Made by a program: the position numbers and the translations under genes. Shown piece after piece: positions 42,015-50,589 of a stretch of 64,000 bases of DNA. Positions within the stretch are counted from its first letter, which is position 1; each line of letters starts with the position of its first letter. Under the pieces are notes generated by a model, which made no database searches, had not been told where the DNA came from, and saw only the letters and a list, made by a program, of their open reading frames with translations. Origin of the DNA: Anaerolineaceae bacterium (lineage in GTDB: Bacteria; Chloroflexota; Anaerolineae; Anaerolineales; Anaerolineaceae); contig DAOQYB010000012.1 of NCBI GenBank assembly GCA_035342915.1, positions 1,479 through 65,478 of the forward strand, written 5' to 3'.

Positions 42015-42296
42015 ATGTATAATAATGATGTAATGAAAAAAGAAAACCTCTACCGCACCCAGGTGCTGCTGGAACCGGCGCAGTACCGCGAACTGACCGC
42101 CCTGGCGGAAAGCGAGGGCATCAGCCTCTCGGCGCTGTTGAGGCGCATCGTGGCGCAGGGGCTTGAGGAGCAGCGCCGGCAGCAGCTGGCGCGCGCCGCG
42201 GCGCAGATGATGGAACTGTATTACAGCGACGGCAGCTTGACGGCTTATTCAGCGCTGGACGGCGAAGACTTCAGCGGCGGCGGAGGGCAGGCGTGA
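42015..42296 (+). CDS. RHH-type antitoxin (MazE/CopG-like)
   Basis: YRTQVLLEPAQYRELTALAESEGISLSALLRRIVAQGL is a ribbon-helix-helix pattern. 4-nt overlap with the downstream toxin gene. Confidence 0.75.
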   Translation: MYNNDVMKKENLYRTQVLLEPAQYRELTALAESEGISLSALLRRIVAQGLEEQRRQQLARAAAQMMELYYSDGSLTAYSALDGEDFSGGGGQA

Positions 42297-42628
42297 ACCG
42301 CGGAGAGGTCTGGCAGCTGGTGTTGGATGACACTGCCGGCCACGGCTTATCAGAGCAGCGGCTGGTGTTGATCCTCTCTTCAGACGCGCTGGCGGTGCTG
42401 CCGCTGCGCCTGGTGGTGCCGCTGGTGGCGTGGCGGGAGGGTTTCGCTTCAACCCCGTGGATGGTGCGTGTTCCGCCCGTGCTCAACAGCGGGCTCACGG
42501 AGGTGATGGCCGCGGACGCGCTGCAGGTGCGTTCTGTTTCCACGGCGCGACTCAAAACGCGCCTGGGCAGCCTGCCGGAGCGGATCACCGGGCAGGTGGC
42601 AAAAGCGGTGGCGGAGATCACCCATTGA
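42293..42628 (+). CDS. mazF: PemK/MazF family type II toxin (mRNA interferase)
   Basis: NRGEVWQLVLD......EQRLVLILSSD....LPLRLVVPLV.......PWMV.V..........V.AADALQVRSVSTARL. Confidence 0.85.
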   Translation: MNRGEVWQLVLDDTAGHGLSEQRLVLILSSDALAVLPLRLVVPLVAWREGFASTPWMVRVPPVLNSGLTEVMAADALQVRSVSTARLKTRLGSLPERITGQVAKAVAEITH

Positions 42629-42670
42629 ATCAGCGTAAAATCTGACAAAAGGATCTCAGGAGGGAGACAA

Positions 42671-43087
42671 TTGAAGATCAGCGCAAAACTCAATAACACA
42701 GCAGGCGGGCAGCAGGTTACCCTGCGCACCAATGAGCGCGAACAGGAACTGGCAGTACCTGTAAAAACAGGCGGCTTCGGGTCGGCCGTTAACGGCGGGG
42801 AGCTGCTCTTTCTCGCGCTGGCCACCTGCTACTGCAACGATATCTACCGCGAGGCTGAAAAACGCGGCATCAGCGTTGAGCAGGTGGAGGTGGAAGTGGA
42901 CGGCGAGTTCGCAGGGGAAGGAGAACCCGCCCGCAACGTCACCTACCGCGCACGGGTGCTGGCGGATGCGCCCGAACAGCAGATCCGCGAACTGATGCAT
43001 CATACCGACCGGGTGGCGGAGATCCACAACTCGCTGCGGCTGGGCACGCCGGTGATCTTGGCCGGCATCGAGGCCGTTTCAGTTTAG
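42671..43087 (+). CDS. OsmC/Ohr family protein
   Basis: GGELLFLALATCYCNDIYREA and C-terminal TDRVAEIHNSL. TTG start after AGGAGGGAG. Confidence 0.8.
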   Translation: MKISAKLNNTAGGQQVTLRTNEREQELAVPVKTGGFGSAVNGGELLFLALATCYCNDIYREAEKRGISVEQVEVEVDGEFAGEGEPARNVTYRARVLADAPEQQIRELMHHTDRVAEIHNSLRLGTPVILAGIEAVSV

Positions 43088-43341
43088 CCTGGATGCGGCG
43101 TGTTGGCTTGTGCCTGCGCGCACCAGGGTCATGCCCTCAGGTCTCCCTTTTTCAGACGGATTCAACTTCCAGCGCGTATTGAATTGGATGGTTAAAAAGA
43201 GTATGATCTAATCACAAATGCCTGGTCGTTACCGCCTCATCATGGTGTGGCAATGATGAGGTTTTTGTTTTGCTTCAGCGGCCTCGGTGATGATGGCGAG
43301 AACGCAGATCCCCATGGTGGAGCGCCGGGCAGGAGGAAAAC

Positions 43342-44361
43342 ATGCGCCACATAAAAAGCTGGATCACGAAACACCCGGTGATCGCTTTCTTCATCCTGAC
43401 TTTCGCCATTACCTGGGGATTGGGGTTTTCTTATACCGAGGTGATCAAAAGGAATCATTTTACCCTGGCACCGCTGGTTTTTGTGGCTACCACAGCACCC
43501 GCCCTGGCGGGGATCATTGTTTCAGCCCTGACCAGTACCCAACCGGTCCTGAAGCAACGCAGAAAGTTCTGGCTGGCGTTCGGGGCGGGTTGGATCATTT
43601 CCGCACTGGTTTTCATCGCACATAACACTCTGCTCAACCGCATGCCCCTGACACTGATTCTTGTTGTTCTCACGCTGGTGAGCGTGCTGCCGGTGGCATT
43701 TGTGCTGGGTTGCACTAATTCACGCAGCCCGGGGGTGAGCAGGTACCTCTGCCCGCTGATCCGGCTGCGCGGAGTTTGGGGCTGGGCGCTGCTGGCGCTG
43801 GCATTCAGCCCGCTGCTGATGCTGCTCTCGATGGCCATCAGCCACCTGGCCGGCAGGGAGCCTTTCTCAGTACCCCGCCTGCCAGTTTCGGGGTTGGCGC
43901 TAGTGGTTGTGGTCATCATCAAGTTTCTATATCAGTGGTTCTTCTTCAATGCCACCGGGGAGGAAGCGGGCTGGCGCGGGTTTGTGCAAAACAGGCTGCA
44001 ATCCAAAATGAGCCCGCTGGCCGCGCTGTTGATCATGGGCTTTTTCTGGCCGATCTGGCACTTCTTCCTGTGGCAGGCGGAGGGCAGCCCGGTATCTTCG
44101 CCGCAGTGGTGGTTGTCGCAGTACGCAGCGCTCATCCCGGCAACGGTATTCATCACCTGGTTCTACAACCGCAGCAAGGGGAGCATCCTGGTGGCGGGTG
44201 TGGCGCACGCATCGGCGAACACCGCCTTCGCCTTTTTACAGAACCTCGATCTGCTTGTTTTCAACAGTGCTGTCTGGGTTGCGGCGATCGTGATGATCCT
44301 TCTGGATAGGATGTGGAAGCAACTGCCCCCTGAGCACCCGGCAGTGTACCAAACACCTTAA
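43342..44361 (+). CDS. CPBP family intramembrane metalloprotease
   Basis: TGEEAGWRGF (EExxxR), FWPIWH, GVAHASANT. Confidence 0.85.
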   Translation: MRHIKSWITKHPVIAFFILTFAITWGLGFSYTEVIKRNHFTLAPLVFVATTAPALAGIIVSALTSTQPVLKQRRKFWLAFGAGWIISALVFIAHNTLLNRMPLTLILVVLTLVSVLPVAFVLGCTNSRSPGVSRYLCPLIRLRGVWGWALLALAFSPLLMLLSMAISHLAGREPFSVPRLPVSGLALVVVVIIKFLYQWFFFNATGEEAGWRGFVQNRLQSKMSPLAALLIMGFFWPIWHFFLWQAEGSPVSSPQWWLSQYAALIPATVFITWFYNRSKGSILVAGVAHASANTAFAFLQNLDLLVFNSAVWVAAIVMILLDRMWKQLPPEHPAVYQTP

Positions 44362-44425
44362 GAACCTGGCAACAGGGTCTTCTCACATCCGGTATGGTAT
44401 TCACGGGTATATCCATCAGATTACT

Positions 44426-44800
44426 TCACCTGATCACACTGAAGCTCACCGCGCCGGCGGCGTTTTTGCCTTTGACAGTGAACTTGTAGGTGTAATCCTT
44501 CTGTATCATCAGCGAAAATACCATTGAATCAGCGTCATCCGCCTGGTAGAGCACCTCGCCTTCGGAGGATGCCACCTGGATATCCAACCGGCCGGAATCC
44601 TTCTGGATGACCACATCCACGATGTCGCCGGGCTGAAGGCGCATGGAGTGGGTGCGCGTGCCCTCGAGTTTGGTGAAGGCGAGGGTAAATTGGGTGTCGT
44701 CGGCGGTCTCGCTGCCTTGGAACTCCGGTATGGTGCAGCCGGCGGCGAGGAGCAGGAACAGTGCGCAAGTCAGCAGGATTGTGATCCGGGTTCTTTTCAT
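44426..44800 (-). CDS. small lipoprotein; function unknown
   Basis: MKRTRITILLTCALFLLLAAGC lipobox. AAGGAGCGATT before ATG at 44800. Confidence 0.75.
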   Translation of the reverse strand: MKRTRITILLTCALFLLLAAGCTIPEFQGSETADDTQFTLAFTKLEGTRTHSMRLQPGDIVDVVIQKDSGRLDIQVASSEGEVLYQADDADSMVFSLMIQKDYTYKFTVKGKNAAGAVSFSVIR

Positions 44801-44875
44801 AATCGCTCCTTGTGAAGGGCAGACACCCGGTGAACGGGGACCGGGCGCCTGGCAGGGAATTTTCATGTACCTTAC

Positions 44876-45427
44876 CTAATCGTTTATCCATCCCCCGGGC
44901 AGGCAGGCGCGCGCGACCACACGGTAGGCGGGGTGGTAGGCGCGCGTGTAGGCTGCGGAGTGGTGCGCGGCGGGGAAACCTTCGCGTGCCATCGTATTAA
45001 TGAACCTTGTGAGCCGGCGCGATGTGAAGTGCAGACGATCTTCTTTAACCAACACGATGGCTTCTTGCAGGCAGCGTTGGAGGGTATCTTTAGAGCCCTG
45101 GTACTCCTCCGCGGTGCGCAGGAAGGCCGCGAGCAGCATATCTGGTGAGAGGCCCAGGCGGATGAGCGGGCGCAGGTGTACGCGGATGATGGCGCCGTCT
45201 TCTGAGATGGAATCAATGAGAGGATCGTCGGGCAGTTCCGGGGGCGCGGCGGTGAGAGCGGCCAGCTCCTGCTGCAGCCAGGCGCGGGCGTGTTCACGGT
45301 CATTAACGGCGTGTTGGCTGCCCAGAACTGCCTGGTGGCTCAGCTTATAAACATCCTGCGGCTGCCAGGCGGGGTAGCGCGCGGCGTGGTCAAGGAGGAT
45401 GGAGCGGAAGGAGGGGTCGTGGATCAT
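44876..45427 (-). CDS. hypothetical protein (183 aa)
   Basis: Coding-like composition. No motif recognised. Confidence 0.6.
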   Translation of the reverse strand: MIHDPSFRSILLDHAARYPAWQPQDVYKLSHQAVLGSQHAVNDREHARAWLQQELAALTAAPPELPDDPLIDSISEDGAIIRVHLRPLIRLGLSPDMLLAAFLRTAEEYQGSKDTLQRCLQEAIVLVKEDRLHFTSRRLTRFINTMAREGFPAAHHSAAYTRAYHPAYRVVARACLPGGWIND

Positions 45428-45434
45428 ATTTTCT

Positions 45435-45498
45435 TTTCCCTCTCCCCCGCCCCTCTCCCAAGCTAAGTTTGGGAGAGGGGAGTAGGGGTGAGGGAATA
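45435..45498. repeat. long imperfect palindrome built on CCCCTCTCCCAA / TTGGGAGAGGGG
   Basis: Perfect 12-bp arms at 45450-45461 and 45469-45480 around a 7-nt loop. Outer arms are imperfect: TTCCCTCTCCCCCG... / ...GGGGTGAGGGAA. Confidence 0.6.
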
Positions 45499-45560
45499 TT
45501 TAAAAGGAAAGAAAGGGAAGGGTTTATTTTACTGATCCCTGTTCCCGAATCACTGTTTTG

Positions 45561-45722
45561 TTACACCATGTAGCGCAGCGGCAGGTCGGGCACCTGTTTG
45601 AGGAGATTCTGCACGAACTGCTTCTGGCGCGGGCTAAGGTTGCGGTACCACCAGGTGATGCCGAACACAAGCAGTGCGACAATAAAGAAGGTGAGCAGAG
45701 GTCTGCGGATGGATGAACTCAT
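45561..45722 (-). CDS. unannotated small single-TM protein (53 aa)
   Basis: Below the track length cut-off. Own translation: MSSSIRRPLLTFFIVALLVFGITWWYRNLSPRQKQFVQNLLKQVPDLPLRYMV. AAGGAG lies 6 nt upstream of the ATG, which is 12 nt after the stop of the CrtI-like gene. Confidence 0.6.
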   Translation of the reverse strand: MSSSIRRPLLTFFIVALLVFGITWWYRNLSPRQKQFVQNLLKQVPDLPLRYMV

Positions 45723-45734
45723 GACGGGCTCCTT

Positions 45735-47234
45735 TTATCCTTCAAATTCCTGAACCAGGTTGGAGGCGATGTACCCCGAGGCGATGGTGCTGGGCACGCC
45801 GCCGCCGGGGTGGGTGGAAGATCCCACCAGGTACAGGCCGGCGATGCTCTTGGATTTGCAGGCCGGGCGGAAGACCGCCTGCGCAGCCAGGTCCTGCTGC
45901 AGGCAGTAGATGGCGCCCTCGGGCAGCAGCAGGTCGCGCTCAAAATCCAGCGGGGTGGCGCACTCGGCGAAGACCACGCGCTCCTTGAGTCCCGGGATGG
46001 CGGCGCGCGACAGGCTTTCGATGGTGCGTTCAATATAGCGCGGCTTTTCCGTATCCCAGTCCGTGCCATCGAGGCGGTAAAAGCCCTGCGGGATGAGATT
46101 GAGCACGTGTTTGCCGCGCGGGGCGAGGGATTTATCGGAGTGAGTCGGCCAGCAGATAAGACCAAAGGGATCATCGTTGAGGCGGCCGGGGATGAGCTGG
46201 TCGTAATAGTAGCGGTTAAGTTCCTCGGGCGAGATGGCCATAACGCTGTGATGCGCTTCCAGTTCGGGGGAGGAATCCAGCGCCAGGTAGATCATGGGAA
46301 CGGAGAGCGAGAGCTTGTAGCTCTGCACGCCGCGCGCCACCGCCCTGGGCAGGTGCTCCTCGCCGATGAGGTCGAGATAGAGGGTTTTGGCGTTGATATC
46401 TGAAACCACAATGTCAGCGCTGATCTCGCTGCCATCAGCCAGCCGCACACCGCAAGCGCGGTTGCCATCCATCAATACTTTTGTCACGCGCGCGCCGGTG
46501 CGCACGCCCATACCGAACAACCCGCCCACGCGCTGCAGCGCCTCTGGGATGCGGATCATGCCGCCGCGCGGGTAGTAAATACCCACGTGTTCGGTGTAAG
46601 GCACCATGGCGTAGGGGCCGGGCACCAGGTTGGGGGGCAGGCCGAAATACAGCGCCTGGTAGGCCATCAACTGCAGCACCTTCTCGTCCTTAAAGAAGCG
46701 GTTGAGGATATCCTGGTAGGAGGAGAGGAAGACCGGCAGGAACTTGAGGAAGCGCGGGTTCTTTTTTATCAGCGCGCCCATGTCTGACAGGGTGCTGGCG
46801 GGCATCTGGAAGAAGGTGTCGAGGGTGGTGCGCATCAGGTCGTCGGCGAAAGCACAGAATGCCGGCCAGCGGGCGCCGTCCTCCGGGGAGATGGAAGCGA
46901 TGACCTCACCGGTGGCTTCGGCTGAAAGCGGCAGCGTGACGCGCCCGCCATCGGGGAAGAGGAAAGACATGATGGGATCGCAGGGGATGAGATCGACCTC
47001 TTTCTGCAGGCTGGTGCCGAGCACCTCGAAGACACGCTCGATGGGTTCGATGATCTCGACGATGGAAGCGCCTACATCAAAACGGTAGCCCTTGCGCTCA
47101 AAAGTGGAGCAGCAACCGCCGATGGCTTTGGATTGTTCGAGGACGAGGACGCGGCGGCCTTGTTTGGCAAGCAGCGCACCGGCGGAAAGCCCGCCAAGCC
47201 CCGCGCCGATGACGACAACATCATAATCTGCCAT
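45735..47234 (-). CDS. phytoene desaturase (CrtI/CrtD)-family NAD(P)/FAD-dependent oxidoreductase
   Basis: YDVVVIGAGLGGLSAGALLAKQGRRVLVLEQ...GG, C-terminal GLYLVGSSTHPGGGVP. ATG at 47234 with a GGAGGG RBS. Confidence 0.88.
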   Translation of the reverse strand: MADYDVVVIGAGLGGLSAGALLAKQGRRVLVLEQSKAIGGCCSTFERKGYRFDVGASIVEIIEPIERVFEVLGTSLQKEVDLIPCDPIMSFLFPDGGRVTLPLSAEATGEVIASISPEDGARWPAFCAFADDLMRTTLDTFFQMPASTLSDMGALIKKNPRFLKFLPVFLSSYQDILNRFFKDEKVLQLMAYQALYFGLPPNLVPGPYAMVPYTEHVGIYYPRGGMIRIPEALQRVGGLFGMGVRTGARVTKVLMDGNRACGVRLADGSEISADIVVSDINAKTLYLDLIGEEHLPRAVARGVQSYKLSLSVPMIYLALDSSPELEAHHSVMAISPEELNRYYYDQLIPGRLNDDPFGLICWPTHSDKSLAPRGKHVLNLIPQGFYRLDGTDWDTEKPRYIERTIESLSRAAIPGLKERVVFAECATPLDFERDLLLPEGAIYCLQQDLAAQAVFRPACKSKSIAGLYLVGSSTHPGGGVPSTIASGYIASNLVQEFEG

Positions 47235-47484
47235 AGTTCCCTCCATGGAAAAGGCGTACATGTTGAACGTGAAGTAACTTAATTATTATAGACACAATTG
47301 TGATAATTCGAGTATGTTATCGGTGTTTTGTGTCAGGGACAGGGACAGCCAGGCAAAAAAGTCGAAATACCTGCGAGTTGTCAATTACCGTATAATAATG
47401 TCATCAACTCCGGTTGATGTTGAATAAACCCGGTTATCACAAACGGGGCAAAGTTATTCAGAGTCTCACCAGGAGGACAATTCG

Positions 47485-47793
47485 ATGGATATTCTCCCGC
47501 TCATAAAATCAGTGTTCGAAGAGCCCGCCTGGTTGCCGGTGGCGCTGACTGTTCTTTTTGCACTCCACACTGCCGCTTTTATCCTCTTATACTTCAAACG
47601 CCGCAAGTTTTATTTGCTATTGCTGATCATCGCGTTTCCTTTCCTGGTCCTGTATTATCTGCTCAAGAGCCTGCAGATCGATCTTCAGGGCATGATCTGG
47701 CTGCGCTGGATCGGGATCGGACTTGCTGCCGTTTCTCTTCTGATCTTAATCGGTTCCAGATTAAAGAAAAAGTTCCTGCCCGAAAAAAAATAA
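47485..47793 (+). CDS. small three-TM membrane protein; function unknown
   Basis: AGGAGG RBS, 102 aa, hydrophobic. Confidence 0.65.
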   Translation: MDILPLIKSVFEEPAWLPVALTVLFALHTAAFILLYFKRRKFYLLLLIIAFPFLVLYYLLKSLQIDLQGMIWLRWIGIGLAAVSLLILIGSRLKKKFLPEKK

Positions 47794-47908
47794 TGGTGAC
47801 CGACCCGCGGGAAGTTCTGCGGTGTAGTGCGGGAATAGTGTGCGAGCCGAGCAGTCAGGGTATTGCCGGCTGTGCTGTATAATTGGGCAAATCAATAAGA
47901 GGTGCATT

Positions 47909-48721
47909 GTGGTCGCTTTTCTTTCAAATTTTCCACCGGTAATCCAGGCGCTGTTCGGCACGCTGTTCACCTGGGCGGTGACAGCGCTGGGGGCGGCTTT
48001 TGTTTTTGTCAACAAGGTCATCTCGCGCCGGCTGCTGGTGCTGATGCTGGGTTTCGCCGCCGGGGTGATGATCGCCGCCAGTTTCTTCTCGCTGCTGCTG
48101 CCGGCCATCGATATGGCGGAAGCTTCTGGTGTGCCCGGCTGGCTGCCGGCGGTGGTGGGATTTTTAGCCGGGGGCGCATTCCTGTACCTGGTGGATAAGC
48201 TGCTGCCGCACCTGCACCCGGGTCTGGCGATAAGCGAGAGCGAAGGCATTAAAACGCACTGGCAGCGCTCGGTACTGCTGGTGCTGGCCATCACGCTGCA
48301 CAACTTCCCCGAGGGGCTGGCGGTAGGTGTGGCGTTCGGAGCGGTGGCGGCGGGCATCCCCTCGGCGAGCCTGACCTCGGCCATCGCGCTGGCGCTTGGC
48401 ATCGGGCTGCAGAACTTCCCCGAGGGCATGGCGGTGTCGATGCCGCTGCGCGGGGAGGGGGTTTCACGCAAGAAGGCGTTCCTGCTGGGGCAGGCTTCGG
48501 GCATTGTTGAACCCATCGCCGGGGTGCTGGGGGCGCTGGCGGTCATCAGCATGCAGAGCATTCTGCCGTACGCGCTCAGCTTCGCTGCCGGCGCCATGAT
48601 CTATGTGGTGGTGGAGGAGCTCATCCCTGAGAGCCAGCGCGGTCAGAGCACGGATATCGCCACCATGGGCGCGATGGTTGGTTTCGCGGTAATGACCTTT
48701 TTGGATGTGGCGTTGGGGTAA
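47909..48721 (+). CDS. ZIP family metal (zinc/iron) transporter, ZupT-like
   Basis: [18 protein letters not shown] and [16 protein letters not shown] at 47909 with AAGAGG 6 nt upstream (track start is 47840). Confidence 0.85.
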   Translation: MVAFLSNFPPVIQALFGTLFTWAVTALGAAFVFVNKVISRRLLVLMLGFAAGVMIAASFFSLLLPAIDMAEASGVPGWLPAVVGFLAGGAFLYLVDKLLPHLHPGLAISESEGIKTHWQRSVLLVLAITLHNFPEGLAVGVAFGAVAAGIPSASLTSAIALALGIGLQNFPEGMAVSMPLRGEGVSRKKAFLLGQASGIVEPIAGVLGALAVISMQSILPYALSFAAGAMIYVVVEELIPESQRGQSTDIATMGAMVGFAVMTFLDVALG

Positions 48722-48750
48722 ATTGCACGCATGCATGCGTTGGAGGAAAT

Positions 48751-49002
48751 GTGAACAAAGAAGACATCATCGCCAAACTGGCGGCGCATATCAGCAAAGA
48801 CGTTTTGAGAGATCCGCAGCGGGTGCTGACACCGGATGAACCGCTCATCTCCAGAGGCGTCATCGACTCGTTCAACCTGGTGGACCTGGCGGTGTACGCC
48901 GAAGATACCTTCGGGGTGCACCTGGACGATATGGAGCTCAACGCCGAACGCTTTGACTCGCTGGCTGAACTGGCGGAGCTGATCGGCTCACGCATGCACT
49001 AA
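48751..49002 (+). CDS. stand-alone acyl/peptidyl carrier protein-like (PP-binding)
   Basis: 83 aa. GVIDSFNLVDL contains the Ser attachment motif (D-S-[FL]). GTG start. Confidence 0.65.
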   Translation: MNKEDIIAKLAAHISKDVLRDPQRVLTPDEPLISRGVIDSFNLVDLAVYAEDTFGVHLDDMELNAERFDSLAELAELIGSRMH

Positions 49003-49167
49003 ACCGAACCGATACCAGAAATTCACAATTAATTCACAACTTCGCGCTATGCTGAGATCAGCAGGGGTGCGCGCTATGGTCCCAATGAGCACAGGGTGTG
49101 TTCTTAGGGTTACGGCAAGGCGCGCGCGAGGGGCTATTAGGCGTATAATCCGGGATGGAGGTATGTG

Positions 49168-49968
49168 ATGAAAAAGACCATAATAGTATTAATCATCATT
49201 GCCGCACTGGCTTTTGGTGTGGGGGGCGCCTACGCGGCCGGGCAGGCTCTCACCAGCAACAGGGCTGACGTTATTGCTGCCGCGGTCCCGCAGGAGCAGG
49301 ACCAGGATTCACCGCTCGACGGCGCCGAGGATGACGGGATCACGGGCTACCCGCCGGATCTTAAAACCATCCCCCCGGGTCTATTAAAGAAAGACCGGCG
49401 CTGGCCTGAGCGGCGAAACTGGATGGGGCCCGGGATGATGGGGCAGGGCGGGTACGCGGAAAACACGGAGCAGGACGGCACCAGGATCAGCATGGATGAC
49501 GCCGTAAAAGCCGCGCAGGCTTATGCAGCTGAGTTGGGTGAGAACCTGCGCGTTGCCGAAGTAATGGAATTCAGTGACAACTTCTACGCCGTGGCGGTAG
49601 AGGAGGACACGGGCAGGGGAGCGGTGGAGCTGTTGATCAACGCGTACACGGGCAGGGTGACACTGGAACCCGGTCCGACGCGCATGTGGAACAGTAAATA
49701 CGGACACATGCGTTTGCGCGCAGATGAAATCACTGCCAGCACCCTTTCAATGGATGAGGCGGCTGACGCGGCGCAGGCCTACCTGGATAAAGAGGTGAAA
49801 GGAGCGCTGGTGGAAGAGGACGGCATCGAGTTTTACGGGTATTACAGTTTTGATTACACCGTCGACGGCGCGGTGGCCGGCATGCTCTCGGTGAACGCAA
49901 CTTCAGGCAACGTATGGCCGCACACCTGGCACGGGACTTTTATTGCTGAAAAGGAGATCAAAGAATGA
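49168..49968 (+). CDS. PepSY domain-containing membrane-anchored protein
   Basis: N-terminal TM helix and two PepSY-like modules (MDDAVKAAQAYAAELG...INAYTGRV and MDEAADAAQAYLDKE...VNATSGNV). Confidence 0.75.
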   Translation: MKKTIIVLIIIAALAFGVGGAYAAGQALTSNRADVIAAAVPQEQDQDSPLDGAEDDGITGYPPDLKTIPPGLLKKDRRWPERRNWMGPGMMGQGGYAENTEQDGTRISMDDAVKAAQAYAAELGENLRVAEVMEFSDNFYAVAVEEDTGRGAVELLINAYTGRVTLEPGPTRMWNSKYGHMRLRADEITASTLSMDEAADAAQAYLDKEVKGALVEEDGIEFYGYYSFDYTVDGAVAGMLSVNATSGNVWPHTWHGTFIAEKEIKE

Positions 49969-50363
49969 ACAAGACATTGAAGTGGGTACTGATCGGACTG
50001 GCGATCGCTGTGGGAGTATTTATCATCGCGCTGCCGATATTCACCCTGGTGCTGGGGGGCGGGCACGCGGGGATGATGGACGGCTGGGGCTTGCGCGACG
50101 GTCTGCGCGACGGTGTGCGCATGCCGTATCATTCCCCGTTCATGATGATGCCGCTGATGGGCATTTTTGGCCTGTTCCGCCTGCTGCTGCCTGCGGCGGT
50201 GCTTGGACTGGCGGTGTACGGAGTGGTAGCGCTGGCAAGGGGCGGTCGGGGAAACAACGCGGCCACTCCGCCTCCGCCAGCTGCGGCGGTGAGCTGCGCG
50301 GCCTGCGGGCGTGAGCTGGTGAGCGGCGGCGAATTCTGCCCCTACTGCGGCGCGAAGCAGTGA
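49965..50363 (+). CDS. membrane protein with C-terminal zinc-ribbon
   Basis: ATGA overlap with the upstream gene, two TM helices, CAACGRELVSGGEFCPYCG. Confidence 0.7.
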   Translation: MNKTLKWVLIGLAIAVGVFIIALPIFTLVLGGGHAGMMDGWGLRDGLRDGVRMPYHSPFMMMPLMGIFGLFRLLLPAAVLGLAVYGVVALARGGRGNNAATPPPPAAAVSCAACGRELVSGGEFCPYCGAKQ

Positions 50364-50381
50364 TCTGAATTATTTCAGCGT

Positions 50382-50424
50382 AACAGCGATCTCCTAGTTA
50401 GGGTGAGGAGATCGCTGTTTATTA
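50382..50424 (+). terminator. rho-independent terminator
   Basis: AACAGCGATCTCC-12 nt-GGAGATCGCTGTT followed by TATTATT. Confidence 0.7.
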
Positions 50425-50589
50425 TTCACGCTGCCCGGAATACATAGATCAGGCAAGCAAATCAATTCCGAGACCAAGCCGGGAAGCTGGAAGTCAGTAA
50501 CAGATTGTCTGATTTGTTTAGATATGCTAATCTTATGGGGATAAGAACTGATCAACGTAGACACACGAAGCGAATTGTGGAGGGTCAAC

